Below, piece after piece: positions 38,392-51,405 of a stretch of 64,000 bases of DNA; position 1 is the first letter of the stretch, and each line of letters begins with the position of its first letter. The notes under the pieces are model-generated. The model saw nothing but the letters and a program-made list of their open reading frames with translations. It ran no database searches and was not told the origin of the DNA. This stretch comes from Candidatus Latescibacterota bacterium (GTDB taxonomy: Bacteria; Latescibacterota; UBA2968), in the NCBI GenBank assembly GCA_038279365.1, contig JAYODI010000006.1, positions 22,268 through 86,267 on the forward strand, given 5' to 3'. The position numbers were made by a program, and so were the translations under genes.

Positions 38392-38804
38392 TCTTCATGA
38401 CTCCGTTCAACAAACCGCACTTTAATCGGCAACTTTCGACCAGCCAATTGGATGGCACGTTGTGCACTTTCGCGCGGTACGCCTTCAATTTCAAACATAA
38501 TACGTGCAGGCTTCACAACCGAAACCCAATATTCAGGATTGCCTTTGCCTTTACCCATGCGGGTTTCAGCAGGTTTGATGGTGATGGGTTTATCTGGAAA
38601 GATACGAATCCAAACCTTACCACCGCGCCCAAGTGAACGGCTAATGGCCACGCGAGCAGCTTCTATTTGCCGGCTGGTAATCCATCCAGCCTCCACAGCT
38701 TGCATCCCAAACTCACCAAAAGCAATATATGCCCCACCTTTGGTCATTCCTGTACGGCGCCCACGTTGTTGTTTGCGCCACTTTACGCGTTTTGGCATTA
38801 ACAT
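38388..38804 (-). CDS. rplP: 50S ribosomal protein L16
   Basis: [20 protein letters not shown]. Confidence 0.98.
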   Translation of the reverse strand: MLMPKRVKWRKQQRGRRTGMTKGGAYIAFGEFGMQAVEAGWITSRQIEAARVAISRSLGRGGKVWIRIFPDKPITIKPAETRMGKGKGNPEYWVSVVKPARIMFEIEGVPRESAQRAIQLAGRKLPIKVRFVERSHEE

Positions 38805-38832
38805 AAAAAATTACTCCCTATCCCCAAAAACT

Positions 38833-39489
38833 CTAATTTTGCTGTGGGTTTACAGCTTCTTTGCCCATTTTTTCACCGTGGCAGATCCATACCTTAACTC
38901 CTACTGCACCTGAAGTCGTAAATGCCGTAGCTTGTGCATATTCAATGTCTGCACGTAAAGTATGAAGAGGAACCCGACCAGCAGGCTCCGATTTTTCAAC
39001 ACGCGACATTTCGGCACCACCCAATCGGCCACTGCACACGATCTTAATGCCTTCTGCGCCCATCCGAACCGCTGACGCAACTGACTTTTTCATGGCGCGT
39101 CGAAACGAAACACGAGATTCTAGTTGGCGTGCGATGTTGTCGGCAACCAACTGAGCATTGAGTTCAGGACGTTTAATTTCATTAATGTTGATATAGATTT
39201 CTTTACCTGTCAGGTGCTTTAATTCGTCCCGCAACTTATCAACTTCAGTGCCTTTGCGCCCAATCACAATACCAGGACGTGCGGTATTAATGGTAATTGT
39301 CACGCGCTTAGGGGCACGCTCAATTTCAACCAAAGCCACACTGGCTCGTTGTAAACGGCTTTTCACATAACGCCGCAACATTAAATCTTCTTGCAATAAC
39401 TTTGGAAATTCTCGACCGGCAAACCAACGAGAGTTCCAATCTTTTACGATGCCTAATCTTATCCCGGTGGGATGTGTTTTTTGGCCCAA
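38833..39489 (-). CDS. rpsC: 30S ribosomal protein S3
   Basis: [30 protein letters not shown] start. Confidence 0.98.
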   Translation of the reverse strand: MGQKTHPTGIRLGIVKDWNSRWFAGREFPKLLQEDLMLRRYVKSRLQRASVALVEIERAPKRVTITINTARPGIVIGRKGTEVDKLRDELKHLTGKEIYININEIKRPELNAQLVADNIARQLESRVSFRRAMKKSVASAVRMGAEGIKIVCSGRLGGAEMSRVEKSEPAGRVPLHTLRADIEYAQATAFTTSGAVGVKVWICHGEKMGKEAVNPQQN

Positions 39490-39514
39490 AGGAGCACTCC
39501 TAATCGGTTAATAA

Positions 39515-39856
39515 TTACTCGTCGTTGGCGACAACCAACGTAATGTGGCTATATCGTTTTCGAATGACACCCGCCGAACCTCTTGGCTGCGGACGCATTC
39601 TTTTCATACCAATACCACCATCGACAAATGCTTCTTTTACATACAATTCTTCTTCACGCACAGTTACCTCTTCTTGGTTGACGGCATTTGCAACCGCCGA
39701 CCGCAAGGTTCGCTCGACCAGGCGAGCTGCCTTTTTCGGCGTAAACTGCAAAATATTCATTGCCTCTCCGATTCCTTTACCTCGAACCAGATCAACCACT
39801 TGCCGTGCTTTGCGAGGCGAAACTTTGGTGTAACGCAATACAGCCTTGGCTTCCAT
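39515..39856 (-). CDS. rplV: 50S ribosomal protein L22
   Basis: SPRKARQVVDLVRG, SAVANA. Confidence 0.98.
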   Translation of the reverse strand: MEAKAVLRYTKVSPRKARQVVDLVRGKGIGEAMNILQFTPKKAARLVERTLRSAVANAVNQEEVTVREEELYVKEAFVDGGIGMKRMRPQPRGSAGVIRKRYSHITLVVANDE

Positions 39857-39885
39857 GTGTGACTCGTCCTTATTTAATATCCAGA

Positions 39886-40173
39886 TTATCTTAAGCTCGT
39901 TGCCCGTTCTGACGATTGACCACGCTGCCCACGATAGGTGCGGGTTGGTGCAAATTCACCCAATTTATGACCTACCATATTTTCGGTAATATAAACGGGA
40001 ATGAATTTATTGCCGTTGTGTACGGCTAAAGTATGACCAACAAAATCTGGGGCAATTGTAGAGCGTCGTGCCCAAGTTTGGATCACGCGCTTATTCCCAC
40101 CTTTGTTCATTTGTTCGATCTTTTTCTGCAAGCTGGCCTCAATAAAAGGGCCCTTTTTGACAGAACGTGCCAT
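39886..40173 (-). CDS. rpsS: 30S ribosomal protein S19
   Basis: [23 protein letters not shown]. Confidence 0.98.
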   Translation of the reverse strand: MARSVKKGPFIEASLQKKIEQMNKGGNKRVIQTWARRSTIAPDFVGHTLAVHNGNKFIPVYITENMVGHKLGEFAPTRTYRGQRGQSSERATSLR

Positions 40174-40190
40174 AGAGCATCAACTCCTAA

Positions 40191-41018
40191 TTATTTTTTA
40201 CGACGTTCTACAATCATTCGATTAGATTTCTTATTTTTCTTACGTGTTTTATAACCTTTGGTTGGCTTTCCCCAAGGTGTCACTGGATGACCACCACCAG
40301 AGGAACGACCTTCACCACCACCATGTGGGTGATCAATGGGGTTCATGGCAACACCACGAACCTTAGGCCGACGCCCTTTCCAACGACTGCGCCCTGCTTT
40401 GCCCAGAACAACATTTTCATGTTCAAGGTTGCCCACTTGACCCAAGGTTGCATAACAAACCAAAGGAACCAAACGACGTTCACCCGAAGGCAATTGGAGG
40501 GTTGCGAAACGACCATCTTTGGCCATCAACTGAATTTCAACACCCGCAGAACGACCCAATTGCCCCCCCTTGCCGGGTTGCAATTCAACATTGTGGATCG
40601 TGCTACCCAAAGGCATGTTCTCTAAAGGCAACGCATTGCCTACTCGTATGGGTGCTTGAGGACCTGCAACAAGCTGATCGCCTACTTGAAGACCATTGGG
40701 GCTCAAGATATAACGTTTTTCACCATCTGCATAATGCAACAATGCGATCCGCGCCGAACGGTTTGGATCATATTCAATGCTGTTGACGACAGCTGGAACA
40801 GAGAGTTTGTTGCGCTTAAAATCGATACGACGATAAGCCCGTTTGTGACCACCGCCAATGTGCCGACTCGTGATACGCCCTCTGCTGTTTCGTCCACCCG
40901 TTTTTTTGAGCGGTTCAAGCAATGATTTTTCTGGCGTTGTTTTGGTAATCTCGACAAATGATGAAACCGTTTTAAAACGCAGTGTCGGGGTTACTGGGCG
41001 AAATTTTTTGACCGGCAT
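40191..41018 (-). CDS. rplB: 50S ribosomal protein L2
   Basis: [25 protein letters not shown]. Confidence 0.99.
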   Translation of the reverse strand: MPVKKFRPVTPTLRFKTVSSFVEITKTTPEKSLLEPLKKTGGRNSRGRITSRHIGGGHKRAYRRIDFKRNKLSVPAVVNSIEYDPNRSARIALLHYADGEKRYILSPNGLQVGDQLVAGPQAPIRVGNALPLENMPLGSTIHNVELQPGKGGQLGRSAGVEIQLMAKDGRFATLQLPSGERRLVPLVCYATLGQVGNLEHENVVLGKAGRSRWKGRRPKVRGVAMNPIDHPHGGGEGRSSGGGHPVTPWGKPTKGYKTRKKNKKSNRMIVERRKK

Positions 41019-41023
41019 ATTAA

Positions 41024-41311
41024 TTATCCTTCAAAAAAGTCGATGTTATGACCTTGTGCAAGTGTTACGACAGCTTTTTTCCAGTTAGACCGACGCCCTT
41101 GGAAACGACCCAGTCGTTTGAGTTTGCCGTGCATGTTAGATGTATTTACTTTAACCACATCAACATCAAACATGGACTCTACTGCGCGACGAATATCAAT
41201 CTTATTGGCACTTGAGAGCACTTCAAAAATATACTTCCCGTGCTTTTCTTGTAAAGCTGACGCACGTTCCGTAATCATTGGGCGTCGAATAATCGAATGG
41301 TGATTTGTCAT
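41024..41311 (-). CDS. rplW: 50S ribosomal protein L23
   Basis: [18 protein letters not shown] overlap with rplD. Confidence 0.97.
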   Translation of the reverse strand: MTNHHSIIRRPMITERASALQEKHGKYIFEVLSSANKIDIRRAVESMFDVDVVKVNTSNMHGKLKRLGRFQGRRSNWKKAVVTLAQGHNIDFFEG

Positions 41312-41940
41312 GCCGCCCCCCACAAAGACTGAATACGATCAAGCGCACCTTGAGTCAAAATCAAAGCATCTGCTTGAACAACATCATAAGTTGAAACTTG
41401 AGAAATTGGCAAGATAGAAAGCCGAGAAATGTTCTGACAAGATCTGACCACATTATCAGACTTTTCAGCTGTCAACAACAATGTTTTCTGATCTTGAACT
41501 TTTAAATGCTGCGTCATTTGAGCCATGCGTTTTGTCTTTGGAGCTTCCAAATCAAAATCTTCCAAAACCCGCAAAGCCTCATCTTTTACCTTTTGAGAAA
41601 ATGCAGAACGAATGGCCAAACTCTTAACCTTCTTTGGCACGCGCTCGTGGTATGCATGGGGCTTAGGACCATGAGCAATACCACCACCAACCAACACCGG
41701 CGAGCCTGCAGTACCCTTACGTGCGCGACCCGTACCTTTTTGACGATACATTTTCTTTTTTGTTAAGTCGACTTCTGCACGCGTCTTTGTGGAAGCATTG
41801 CCTTGACGTTGATTTGTCAAATAAGCTTTGACCACATAATAGACCGCTTCGGAAGATGGTTCGATACCAAAGATATTGTCTGGCAGATCGACAGAACCGA
41901 CTTCTTTTCCATCGATGTTTTGAACCCCAATTGATGCCAT
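41308..41940 (-). CDS. rplD: 50S ribosomal protein L4
   Basis: RQGNASTKTRAEV, RQKGTGRAR. Confidence 0.98.
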   Translation of the reverse strand: MASIGVQNIDGKEVGSVDLPDNIFGIEPSSEAVYYVVKAYLTNQRQGNASTKTRAEVDLTKKKMYRQKGTGRARKGTAGSPVLVGGGIAHGPKPHAYHERVPKKVKSLAIRSAFSQKVKDEALRVLEDFDLEAPKTKRMAQMTQHLKVQDQKTLLLTAEKSDNVVRSCQNISRLSILPISQVSTYDVVQADALILTQGALDRIQSLWGAA

Positions 41941-41960
41941 GAATCACGTTCCTTAAAGTA

Positions 41961-42593
41961 TTAACTACGCTTTTTAATAATTACCGTCACTCCACGAGCA
42001 CCAGGCACCGCACCCTTTACAACCAACAAATTGCGTTCGGTATCTATTTGAATGATCTTAAGTCCCTTTACGGTGACTTGTCGATCACCCATATGGCCTG
42101 CCATGCGAGTGCCTTTGAAAACGCGAGAGGGATCAGAGCTTTGTCCAATGGAACCAGGGGCACGATGTCTATCGGATTGTCCGTGTGTTTTTGGACCACC
42201 GCTAAAACCATGACGTTTCACACCACCTTGAAAACCACGTCCCTTAGATTGCCCGGTTACATCTACAATGTCACCGACAGCAAACATGCTCACATCCAGT
42301 TTGTCTCCCACAGAAAAGGCATCAGCATCGTCAACACGAAATTCTTTTAGCCCTTTGTGGGGTGCCACATTTGTCTTTTTGAAAAGACCCATCTCTGCCT
42401 GTGACAAACGCTGTGCTTTGGTCTCATTATAAGCGACTTTCACAGCAGAATACCCATCAGCAGAAGATGTTTTTTTAACTTGAACAACAGGGTTGGGAGC
42501 GACTTCCAACACCGTTACGGGTGTTAGTTGTTCGCGCTCATCAAAGGCCTGTGTCATTCCTTTTTTTGTACCAATTAGTCCCTGCACGATCAC
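41961..42593 (-). CDS. rplC: 50S ribosomal protein L3
   Basis: [26 protein letters not shown] overlap with rpsJ. Confidence 0.98.
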   Translation of the reverse strand: MIVQGLIGTKKGMTQAFDEREQLTPVTVLEVAPNPVVQVKKTSSADGYSAVKVAYNETKAQRLSQAEMGLFKKTNVAPHKGLKEFRVDDADAFSVGDKLDVSMFAVGDIVDVTGQSKGRGFQGGVKRHGFSGGPKTHGQSDRHRAPGSIGQSSDPSRVFKGTRMAGHMGDRQVTVKGLKIIQIDTERNLLVVKGAVPGARGVTVIIKKRS

Positions 42594-42898
42594 ACCTTAA
42601 TTTCAATATCGATACCTGCTGGCAGATCCAACTTCATCAAAGCGTCTACCGTCTGCGGTGTCGAATTGTGAATATCAATTAAGCGCTTATGTACCCGCAT
42701 TTCAAACTGTTCACGCGATTTCTTGTTCACATGGGGTGAACGAAGAACCGTATACAAAGAGCGCTTGGTTGGCAGAGGGATAGGGCCAGAAATTAAGGCC
42801 CCAGTCCTTTTAGCCGTCCGAACAATCTCTTCAGCCGAACGATCCAATGCATTGTGATCGTAAGCTTTGAGGCGAATTCTAATTTTCTGAGCTGGCAA
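42590..42898 (-). CDS. rpsJ: 30S ribosomal protein S10
   Basis: [27 protein letters not shown] start. Confidence 0.98.
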   Translation of the reverse strand: MPAQKIRIRLKAYDHNALDRSAEEIVRTAKRTGALISGPIPLPTKRSLYTVLRSPHVNKKSREQFEMRVHKRLIDIHNSTPQTVDALMKLDLPAGIDIEIKV

Positions 42899-42919
42899 TG
42901 AACACTCCTTGGGCCGCTA

Positions 42920-44113
42920 TTACTCAATGATTTCCGTGATCACACCAGCACCAATTGTACGACCGCCTTCACGCACAGCAAAGCGCAATTCGGTTTCCAT
43001 TGCAATGGGTGTAATCAATTCAACTGTCATCGTCACATTGTCACCAGGCATTACCATTTCAACGCCTTCGGGCAGTTGAACGTTGCCAGTCACATCTGTT
43101 GTACGGAAAAAGAATTGGGGGCGATAACCTGTGAAGAAAGGTTTGCTACGTCCACCTTCTTTTTCGGTCAACACATAAACTTCACCAACAAATTTTTTGT
43201 GAGGGGTGACCGTACCGGGTTTGGCAATAACCATACCACGATCGAGATCTTCTTTGTTGATACCGCGCAACAAAAGTCCCACATTGTCACCAGCCATACC
43301 TTGATCGAGCAATTTGCGGAACATTTCCACACCCGTTACAGTGGTCTTACGGGTTTCGCGCAAGCCCACAATTTCAACTTCTTCGTTTACATTTACCACA
43401 CCACGTTCGATACGTCCTGTACCGACAGTACCACGACCGGTAATTGTAAATACGTCTTCAACGGGCATCAAGAAGTCTTTGTCTACATCGCGTTGGGGCA
43501 TAGGAATATGCTCGTCCACAGCAGCCATCAATTCCCAAATACAAGCACATTCTGCAGAATCAGGGTCATCGGATTCCAGTGCCTTCAAGGCTGAACCGCG
43601 AATAACTGGTGCATCATCGCCAGAAAATTCATATTCAGACAACAATTCACGTACTTCCAAATCAACCAAGTCGAGCAATTCTTCGTCATCGACCATGTCG
43701 ACTTTGTTCATAAAGACCACAACGGCGGGCACATTTACTTGACGAGACAACAAAATGTGTTCGCGTGTTTGAATCATAGGACCATCAGCAGCGCTCACAA
43801 CCAAGATAGCACCGTCCATTTGAGCAGCACCAGTGATCATGTTTTTCACATAGTCAGCGTGTCCAGGACAGTCCACGTGTGCATAGTGGCGTGCTTCTGT
43901 TTGATATTCCACATGGGAGGTATTAATGGTAATACCACGCTCTTTTTCTTCTGGGGCTTTGTCAATATTTTCAAATGGTGTAAATTGAGCCAAACCTTTG
44001 CCTGCCAATGTTTTGGTAATAGCAGCTGTCAGTGTGGTCTTTCCATGATCCACATGCCCAATTGTACCAATATTAACATGTGGTTTGTCACGTTCAAACT
44101 TTTCCTTCGCCAT
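42920..44113 (-). CDS. tuf: Elongation factor Tu
   Basis: [21 protein letters not shown]. Confidence 0.99.
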   Translation of the reverse strand: MAKEKFERDKPHVNIGTIGHVDHGKTTLTAAITKTLAGKGLAQFTPFENIDKAPEEKERGITINTSHVEYQTEARHYAHVDCPGHADYVKNMITGAAQMDGAILVVSAADGPMIQTREHILLSRQVNVPAVVVFMNKVDMVDDEELLDLVDLEVRELLSEYEFSGDDAPVIRGSALKALESDDPDSAECACIWELMAAVDEHIPMPQRDVDKDFLMPVEDVFTITGRGTVGTGRIERGVVNVNEEVEIVGLRETRKTTVTGVEMFRKLLDQGMAGDNVGLLLRGINKEDLDRGMVIAKPGTVTPHKKFVGEVYVLTEKEGGRSKPFFTGYRPQFFFRTTDVTGNVQLPEGVEMVMPGDNVTMTVELITPIAMETELRFAVREGGRTIGAGVITEIIE

Positions 44114-44164
44114 GGTCTCCTCCTGTGAGAGCAAACGATCCTATAAAAGACGCATTGTTAACAT

Positions 44165-46255
44165 TTAAGTTGCAGCATTAATCTTAGACATAACCTCTTC
44201 AGCAATGCTACGTGGCACTTCTTCAAACTTCGCAAATTCCATTGAATAAATAGCGCGCCCTTGTGTACCTGAGCGCAATTTTGTTGCATAGCCAAACATT
44301 TCGCTCAAAGGGACAGTGGCATTAATAACCTGTGCATCTGGGCGGTTGACAATACCAACAATTTGGCCTCTGCGCGAATTCAAATCGCCCATCACCTCAC
44401 CCATATATTCCTCAGGCACAACCACTTCAACATCAAAAACGGGTTCCATCAAGTATGGCTTGGCGCGCTTTGCGGCCATTTGGAATGCCATTGAACCTGC
44501 GATTTTAAATGCCATTTCTGAGGAGTCTACATCGTGGTAAGAACCATCATGCAAAGTCACCTTGACATCTTCAATCGGATACCCAGCCAACACACCGCCA
44601 GCCATTGCTTCTTGAATGCCTTGCCGAACAGAGTTGATGTATTCACCAGGAATGGCACCACCCGATATCTTGTTTTCAAATATATATCCGGCACCAGGCT
44701 CACTGGGCTCCATATCAATCACAACGTGACCATATTGACCACGACCACCGCTTTGACGAACAAAACGAGCGTCCACATCGACAACTTTTTCTTTAATGGC
44801 TTCTTTGTAAGAGACTTGAGGCTTGCCAACGTTTGCATCCACCTTGAACTCACGCTTTAAGCGATCTACAATAATTTCAAGATGCAACTCACCCATACCA
44901 GAGATAATGGTTTGTCCTGTATCCTTATCTACGGTAACGTGAAATGTCGGATCTTCTTCAGCAAGCTTGGCAAGAGCAGAGCCCAATTGATCTTGATCTG
45001 CTTTTGTTTTTGGCTCTATGGCAACAGAAATCACGGGCTTTGCAAATTCCATCGATTCCAAAACAATAGGATCGCTTTCAACACAAAGGGTCTCCCCTGT
45101 GCCCGTGTCTTTAAGACCTACAACGGCAGCAATATCGCCAGCAAAAACTTCGTCAATTTCTTCACGTGTATTGGCATGCATTTGGAGCACACGCCCAATA
45201 CGCTCGCGTTTGCCTTTATTCGAGTTTAACACATAAGAACCCGTAGGCAGATGCCCAGAATAAACGCGGAAGAATGTCAAACGTCCAACGTAAGGATCTG
45301 TCATCACCTTAAATGCCAACGCCGCAAAAGGAGCATCATCTGCAACAGGGCGTGTCAACTTTTGCTCAGTATCTCTTGGTGCATGACCTTCAATTTCTGG
45401 CACATCCAAAGGTGATGGCAAAAATGCAACAATGGCATCTAAAAGACGTTGTACACCTTTGTTTTTAAAAGCAGATCCACACAAAACTGGCACTGCAGTA
45501 CCATTGTTTACAGCTGCTCGAAGCGCGCTTTTAATTTCAACTTCGCTAATTTCTTGGCCATCTAAAAACTTTTCCATAAGCGTGTCATCAAAGTCTGAAA
45601 TAGACTCAAGCAACAACTCACGCCCCTTATTGGCCCGTTCTTCCAAATCGTGAGGAATATCGCTTTCAATAAACTTGGTGCCCATTGTATCATCTTCATA
45701 GGTCACCAATTTCATTTTGATTAAGTCGATAAGCCCCGTAAACATTTCACCAGCACCCACAGGCAACTGAACGGGCACAAAATTAGAAGCCAAACGTTCA
45801 CGCATCATCCCCAACACGCGGTCAAAGTCTGCGCCTGTGCGGTCCATCTTATTCACAAAAGCAATACGAGGCACACCATATTTATCGGCTTGGCGCCATA
45901 CGGTTTCCGATTGTGGCTCAACACCACCTACGGCACAAAACAAACCAACAGCACCATCCAACACACGCAATGAACGCTCGACCTCAGCAGTAAAGTCTAC
46001 GTGACCTGGGGTATCAATGATATTAATGCGGTGATCATCCCAGAAACAAGTGGTGGCAGCAGAGGTAATGGTAATACCGCGCTCACGTTCTTGTTCCATC
46101 CAGTCCATGGTGGCAGCACCATCATGAACCTCACCCATTCGGCGCAAAACCCCTGTATAATAGAGGATGCGTTCGGTTGTTGTTGTTTTACCCGCGTCAA
46201 TATGGGCCATAATCCCAATATTTCGGGTTCGTTCTAAGCTAAATTTTCTTGGCAT
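44165..46255 (-). CDS. fusA: Elongation factor G
   Basis: [21 protein letters not shown]. Confidence 0.99.
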   Translation of the reverse strand: MPRKFSLERTRNIGIMAHIDAGKTTTTERILYYTGVLRRMGEVHDGAATMDWMEQERERGITITSAATTCFWDDHRINIIDTPGHVDFTAEVERSLRVLDGAVGLFCAVGGVEPQSETVWRQADKYGVPRIAFVNKMDRTGADFDRVLGMMRERLASNFVPVQLPVGAGEMFTGLIDLIKMKLVTYEDDTMGTKFIESDIPHDLEERANKGRELLLESISDFDDTLMEKFLDGQEISEVEIKSALRAAVNNGTAVPVLCGSAFKNKGVQRLLDAIVAFLPSPLDVPEIEGHAPRDTEQKLTRPVADDAPFAALAFKVMTDPYVGRLTFFRVYSGHLPTGSYVLNSNKGKRERIGRVLQMHANTREEIDEVFAGDIAAVVGLKDTGTGETLCVESDPIVLESMEFAKPVISVAIEPKTKADQDQLGSALAKLAEEDPTFHVTVDKDTGQTIISGMGELHLEIIVDRLKREFKVDANVGKPQVSYKEAIKEKVVDVDARFVRQSGGRGQYGHVVIDMEPSEPGAGYIFENKISGGAIPGEYINSVRQGIQEAMAGGVLAGYPIEDVKVTLHDGSYHDVDSSEMAFKIAGSMAFQMAAKRAKPYLMEPVFDVEVVVPEEYMGEVMGDLNSRRGQIVGIVNRPDAQVINATVPLSEMFGYATKLRSGTQGRAIYSMEFAKFEEVPRSIAEEVMSKINAAT

Positions 46256-46263
46256 AGTTTCAA

Positions 46264-46731
46264 TTACCAGCGATAATGAGCAAATGCTCTATTGGCGTCA
46301 GCCATCCGATGAGTTTCTTCTCGTCTTTGCATGGCACGCCCTTGTCCACCAGCGGCATCCATGAATTCACCTGCAAGTCGTTGTGCCATTGTCTTTTCAC
46401 CACGTTCGCGTGCAAACTGAATGAGCCAGCGAATAGACAATGCCAACCGTTCATCGGGCCGAACTTCTTCAGGAACTTGATAAGTGGCACCACCCACACG
46501 ACGTGAGCGAACCTTTACAACAGGCTTTACATTATCAACTGCTTTTTCAAACACTTCAAGCCCGTCATTGCCCGAGCGTTCTTGAATTAAATCAAGAGCT
46601 TGATACAAAAGACGCTCTGCGACACTCTTTTTGCCATTGCGAAAAAGGCAATTGACAAAGCGCGTAATCAACACACTGTGAAACTTCGGATCTCCTGGAA
46701 GCCTTCTTTTTTCTGCCCGTCTCTTACGCAT
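46264..46731 (-). CDS. rpsG: 30S ribosomal protein S7
   Basis: [27 protein letters not shown]. Confidence 0.98.
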   Translation of the reverse strand: MRKRRAEKRRLPGDPKFHSVLITRFVNCLFRNGKKSVAERLLYQALDLIQERSGNDGLEVFEKAVDNVKPVVKVRSRRVGGATYQVPEEVRPDERLALSIRWLIQFARERGEKTMAQRLAGEFMDAAGGQGRAMQRREETHRMADANRAFAHYRW

Positions 46732-46811
46732 AACACTTCGACCTTTTCATAATAAGGGGGATAGACCACCACATTGCAGTGACATCCCCCATGTTTTAAT
46801 GCTTTAAAAAC

Positions 46812-47186
46812 TTATTTACTCGATTTTTTGGTACCGTATTTCGACCGGCCTTGTTTGCGATCGTCAACACCCGTGGTATCCAACACACCACGAAGAATGT
46901 GATAACGAACAGATGGCAAATCTTTTACACGTCCCCCTCGGATCAATACCACCGAGTGTTCCTGAAGATTGTGCCCTTCTCCTGGAATATAAGCTGTTAC
47001 TTCAATTCCATTGGTCAATCGAACACGAGCTACTTTTCGCAAAGCAGAGTTTGGTTTCTTAGGCGTGGTGGTATAAACTCGTGTGCAAACACCACGTTTT
47101 TGAGGACACCCTCTGAGCGCTGGTGCAGAAGAGCGTTTCCGTTTAACCTTCCGCCCCTTGCGAACCAACTGATTAATCGTGGGCAA
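46812..47186 (-). CDS. rpsL: 30S ribosomal protein S12
   Basis: [22 protein letters not shown] start. Confidence 0.99.
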   Translation of the reverse strand: MPTINQLVRKGRKVKRKRSSAPALRGCPQKRGVCTRVYTTTPKKPNSALRKVARVRLTNGIEVTAYIPGEGHNLQEHSVVLIRGGRVKDLPSVRYHILRGVLDTTGVDDRKQGRSKYGTKKSSK

Positions 47187-47223
47187 ATCCTACCTCCTTG
47201 AGCGTTTCTTATGAGAGACTTCC

Positions 47224-47252
47224 AATATAATAAGCTGAGCGTTTAGTGTCAA
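47224..47252 (-). promoter_or_regulatory. Sigma70-type promoter for the str operon
   Basis: TTGACA-N17-TATATT; the -35 contains the rpoC TGA stop. Confidence 0.75.
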
Positions 47253-50200
47253 GCATTAATTGGGGGCAAACCCACACTTTCAGCCCCATCTTCTGCCAAT
47301 TGGACAAAAGAATCATCTTCTTCCACAACTTCATCTTTCATACTGCGATATTTCAATGCCCCTGTGCCAGCTGGAATCAAGTGTCCAATGATCACATTTT
47401 CCTTTAAGCCCAGCAGTTGATCAACCTTGCCCTGAACAGCAGCTTCGGTTAATACGCGTGTTGTTTCTTGGAATGAGGCTGCTGAAATAAAGCTTTCAGT
47501 CAACAACGAAGCCTTGGTAATGCCGAGCAAAATCGGTTGAAATGTGGCTGGGTCGCCACCTTCAGCTATTACTTTGTCGTTGTCGTCTCTAAAGCGGAAC
47601 CGATCTATCAATTCGCCTTCCAAAAAGTTCGTGTCACCCGGATCGGTAACCTGAACCTTTTGAAGCATTTGACGCACTATCGTTTCGATATGTTTGTCAT
47701 TGATTTTCACACCTTGCAAACGATACACCTGTTGAATCTCATCTACGAGATATTCTTGTACTTTTTGAATACCCAAAATAGCAAGAATATCGTGTGGGTT
47801 GACCGAGCCTTCAGACATGCGCTCACCCGCAGTAACCCGATCCCCTTCTTGAACGCGCAGATGACGTCCATAGGGAATGGTGTATTTGCGTTCTTCACCA
47901 TCATCGGCAGTCACAAAAACGATCCGAGAACCGCGCACCAAGCCACCAAAGCTAATAATACCGTCTATTTCGGTTACGACGGCAGGATCTTTGGGGCGCC
48001 GTGCTTCAAACAACTCGGCCACACGTGGCAGACCACCCGTGATGTCGCGTGTTTTGCTGCGCTCACGAGGAATTTTGGTCAGGGTATCACCCGCTTTAAT
48101 CTTATCGCCATTACGCACAACCAAACGCGCACCCAATGGGATAATATAGTGACCCAATTCTTCACCGTCATCGCCAACAATCATGATACGAGGAGACAAA
48201 GTACGGTCTCGGTGCTCAATAACCACCTGAGCCGCAATGCCGGTGGTTTCATCGGTCTCTTCTCGGTAAGTCACGCCTTCAGCCAAATCAACAAACTGAA
48301 CCGTTCCTGCCCGAGGAGAACAAATCATATTATTATACGGATCCCAATCGTAGAGCGTTTCATTTTCTTCAACCATTTGTCCTTCAGCTACACGAAGAAC
48401 AGAACCATGAGATACATAATAGTGGCCACCACGTGGGCGTCCCTGATCGTCTTGAACTTCCAATTCACCATTTCTGGAAACAACAATCCAAGAATTTTCA
48501 TCTTTTGGTACGTATTCAAGATTCTTAAAGACTACTTTTCCAGCGCGCTTGGCACCAATTTCGGCCTGTTCTGCAATACGACTGGAAGTACCACCAATGT
48601 GGAAAGTGCGCAAAGTCAACTGAGTACCAGGCTCGCCAACACTTTGTGCAGCAACAACACCAGCCGCTTCACCAGTATTGACCAGTTCTGCAGTTGCAGG
48701 GTTACGACCATAACACAAAGCACAAATACCACGCCGTGTTTCACAGGTAAGCACAGAACGCACATAGACACGTTCAACCCCAGCGTCTGCAATCTTGGCG
48801 GCCATTTCTTCGTCTAACAAAACACCCGCCTCAACAATAATATCTCCCGTAACGGGATCTTCGATATCATCTTGTGTTGTGCGCCCTAAAATGCGGTCGG
48901 CCAAAGACTCCACAATCTCTTCACCCTCTTTGAGGGCTTCCATGTCAATGCCCAAAATGGTGCCACAATCGTGTTCGGAGACAACCATATCTTGGGCCAC
49001 ATCGACCATACGTCGGGTCAAATAACCGGCTTCAGCAGTTTTCAAAGCCGTATCGGCCAAACCTTTACGCGCACCATGTGTGGAGATGAAATATTCAAGA
49101 ACCGTTAGACCTTCTTTAAATGAAGAAATAATCGGTGTTTCAATAATTTCACCTATGGCCCCCGTCAATTTCTTTTGGGGTTTGTTCATCAAACCACGCA
49201 TACCACCCAACTGCTTGACCTGGTCATCATTACCGCGTGCACCAGAGTCTTTCATGATGTAAATATTATTAAAGCCATCTTCGGCTTTTTCAAGGGCCCC
49301 ACTCATCACTTGAGCAATATTGTTTGTGGTATGTTGCCACACATCGATCACTTTGTTATAGCGCTCACCTTCCGTAATCACACCATGTGCATGTTGTTGC
49401 AAAATCTTTTCAACTTCAACCATTGCAGTGGTGATCAAACGTTCTTTTTCTGGAGGCACAACCACATCGGCCACAGAGATTGAAATGCCCGACTTGGTGG
49501 CATAACGATATCCCAAACCTTTTAAGCCATCTAAAAAGTCTGTGGTAACACGGTTCCCAAAGCGCGCATGAACATCGGCGGTTACTTTTCGAATACCCTT
49601 GTCATCAATCAACTCATTGATAAAAGGCATGCTTTCGGGCACAACTTCATTAAAAATAACCCGACCAACCGTTGTCGTAATCATCTTGCCATTTACGCGA
49701 AGGCGAATGGCATCGTGCAAATGGAGTTGTCCATGATCAAAAGCCATACGAGCTTCCAACGGACTGCTAAATGCAGACATTTGATCGGCATCGCGGTGCA
49801 CTATTTTGGTCAAATAATACAAACCCAAAGCAATATCTTGGGGTTTGTCAACAACCACGGGCGAACCATCGGCTGGTTTGAGCAAGTTGTTGGAAGACAT
49901 CATCAACAACCGTGCTTCAATTTGCGCCTCAAACGACAAGGGCAAATGCACAGCCATTTGATCGCCATCAAAGTCAGCGTTAAAGGCAGCACAAATCAAA
50001 GGATGGCAACGAATGGCCTTACCTTCAACCAATACAGGCTGAAAAGCTTGAATTCCCAAACGGTGCAAAGTTGGTGCACGGTTGAGCAACACGCAGTGGT
50101 CTTGAATAATCTCTTCTAAGATATCCCAAACCTCAACCCGTTCGCGCTCGACCAATTTCTTTGCACTTTTCACTGTCTGCACAAGACCTTTTTCTTCTAA

Positions 50201-51340
50201 ACGACGAATAATAAAAGGCTTGAACAATTCCAAAGCCATGTGCTTTGGGAGACCGCACTGATACAAACGCAAATTGGGGTCAACCACAATAACCGAACGC
50301 CCAGAATAATCAACACGTTTACCCAACAAGTTTTGGCGAAAACGACCTTGTTTCCCCTTAAGCAAATCTGAAAGGGATTTGAGCGAACGATTGCCATCTC
50401 CTCTTACAGCACGTGAACGACGCCCATTATCAAACAGCGCGTCTACGGCTTCTTGTAACATTCTCTTTTCGTTGCGTAAAATGACTTCGGGCGCTTTGAT
50501 TTCGATCAATTTTTTCAACCGATTGTTTCGATTGATTACGCGACGATAAAGATCATTTAAGTCGGAAGTAGCAAAACGACCACCCTCTAAAGGCACCAAT
50601 GGGCGCAGGTCGGGCGGTATAACAGGAATGACATCCAAAATCATCCAATCAGGGTTGTTGTCCGATTGGCGAAATGCCTCGACCACTTTGAGGCGCTTGA
50701 GTGCTTCTTGTTTGCGCTGAACCGATGTTTCCATGCGAGCTTGTGTACGCAATTCTGCTGAGAGTTCTTCAACATCAATAGAACCCAAAAGCTTTTTGAT
50801 GGCACCAGCCCCCATATCCACTTCCAGCTTGTGGCCATTCTCTTCAAGCTCAATCACTTCATCTTCTGTTAAAAGATCTTTGAACTTAAGATCGGGTGCA
50901 TCACCAGGATCGAGAACAACATAGGATTCATAATAGATAACACGTTCAAGATTTCGAATAGATAAGTCTAACAAATAACCCATTCGAGAAGGCAATGACT
51001 TAAAAAACCAAATATGTGTTACCGGAACAGCCAACTCAATGTGGCCCAAACGCTCACGCCGCACTTTGGATTGAGTCACCTCAACCCCACACCGATCACA
51101 TACCACACCACGATAACGGATACGCTTGTATTTTCCGCAATGGCATTCCCAGTCTTTAACTGGGCCAAAAATGCGTTCACAAAACAAACCATCACGCTCG
51201 GGTTTAAAAGACCGATAATTAATGGTTTCAGGCTTGGTCACTTCACCCCGAGACCATCCTCGGATGGTGTCGGGAGAAGCCAATTGAATGCGAATCGAAT
51301 TAAAATCTAAAGGTCGATGAGAATGATTGATATCGGCCAC
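47249..51340 (-). CDS. rpoC: RNA polymerase beta' subunit
   Basis: [13 protein letters not shown]-terminal Zn finger; GTG start. Confidence 0.99.
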   Translation of the reverse strand: MADINHSHRPLDFNSIRIQLASPDTIRGWSRGEVTKPETINYRSFKPERDGLFCERIFGPVKDWECHCGKYKRIRYRGVVCDRCGVEVTQSKVRRERLGHIELAVPVTHIWFFKSLPSRMGYLLDLSIRNLERVIYYESYVVLDPGDAPDLKFKDLLTEDEVIELEENGHKLEVDMGAGAIKKLLGSIDVEELSAELRTQARMETSVQRKQEALKRLKVVEAFRQSDNNPDWMILDVIPVIPPDLRPLVPLEGGRFATSDLNDLYRRVINRNNRLKKLIEIKAPEVILRNEKRMLQEAVDALFDNGRRSRAVRGDGNRSLKSLSDLLKGKQGRFRQNLLGKRVDYSGRSVIVVDPNLRLYQCGLPKHMALELFKPFIIRRLEEKGLVQTVKSAKKLVERERVEVWDILEEIIQDHCVLLNRAPTLHRLGIQAFQPVLVEGKAIRCHPLICAAFNADFDGDQMAVHLPLSFEAQIEARLLMMSSNNLLKPADGSPVVVDKPQDIALGLYYLTKIVHRDADQMSAFSSPLEARMAFDHGQLHLHDAIRLRVNGKMITTTVGRVIFNEVVPESMPFINELIDDKGIRKVTADVHARFGNRVTTDFLDGLKGLGYRYATKSGISISVADVVVPPEKERLITTAMVEVEKILQQHAHGVITEGERYNKVIDVWQHTTNNIAQVMSGALEKAEDGFNNIYIMKDSGARGNDDQVKQLGGMRGLMNKPQKKLTGAIGEIIETPIISSFKEGLTVLEYFISTHGARKGLADTALKTAEAGYLTRRMVDVAQDMVVSEHDCGTILGIDMEALKEGEEIVESLADRILGRTTQDDIEDPVTGDIIVEAGVLLDEEMAAKIADAGVERVYVRSVLTCETRRGICALCYGRNPATAELVNTGEAAGVVAAQSVGEPGTQLTLRTFHIGGTSSRIAEQAEIGAKRAGKVVFKNLEYVPKDENSWIVVSRNGELEVQDDQGRPRGGHYYVSHGSVLRVAEGQMVEENETLYDWDPYNNMICSPRAGTVQFVDLAEGVTYREETDETTGIAAQVVIEHRDRTLSPRIMIVGDDGEELGHYIIPLGARLVVRNGDKIKAGDTLTKIPRERSKTRDITGGLPRVAELFEARRPKDPAVVTEIDGIISFGGLVRGSRIVFVTADDGEERKYTIPYGRHLRVQEGDRVTAGERMSEGSVNPHDILAILGIQKVQEYLVDEIQQVYRLQGVKINDKHIETIVRQMLQKVQVTDPGDTNFLEGELIDRFRFRDDNDKVIAEGGDPATFQPILLGITKASLLTESFISAASFQETTRVLTEAAVQGKVDQLLGLKENVIIGHLIPAGTGALKYRSMKDEVVEEDDSFVQLAEDGAESVGLPPINA

Positions 51341-51405
51341 GGGAAGTACCCCCTTTTACGATCGATCGAATGACAAAAACAATATCACAAGAGACATAAC
51401 GAAGA

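Noticed and set aside
47537-48817. 426-aa plus-strand ORF
   Set aside because: Antisense shadow of rpoC with no recognisable motifs. The same applies to the many shorter antisense/alternate-frame ORFs over purL, fusA, tuf and rpoB.
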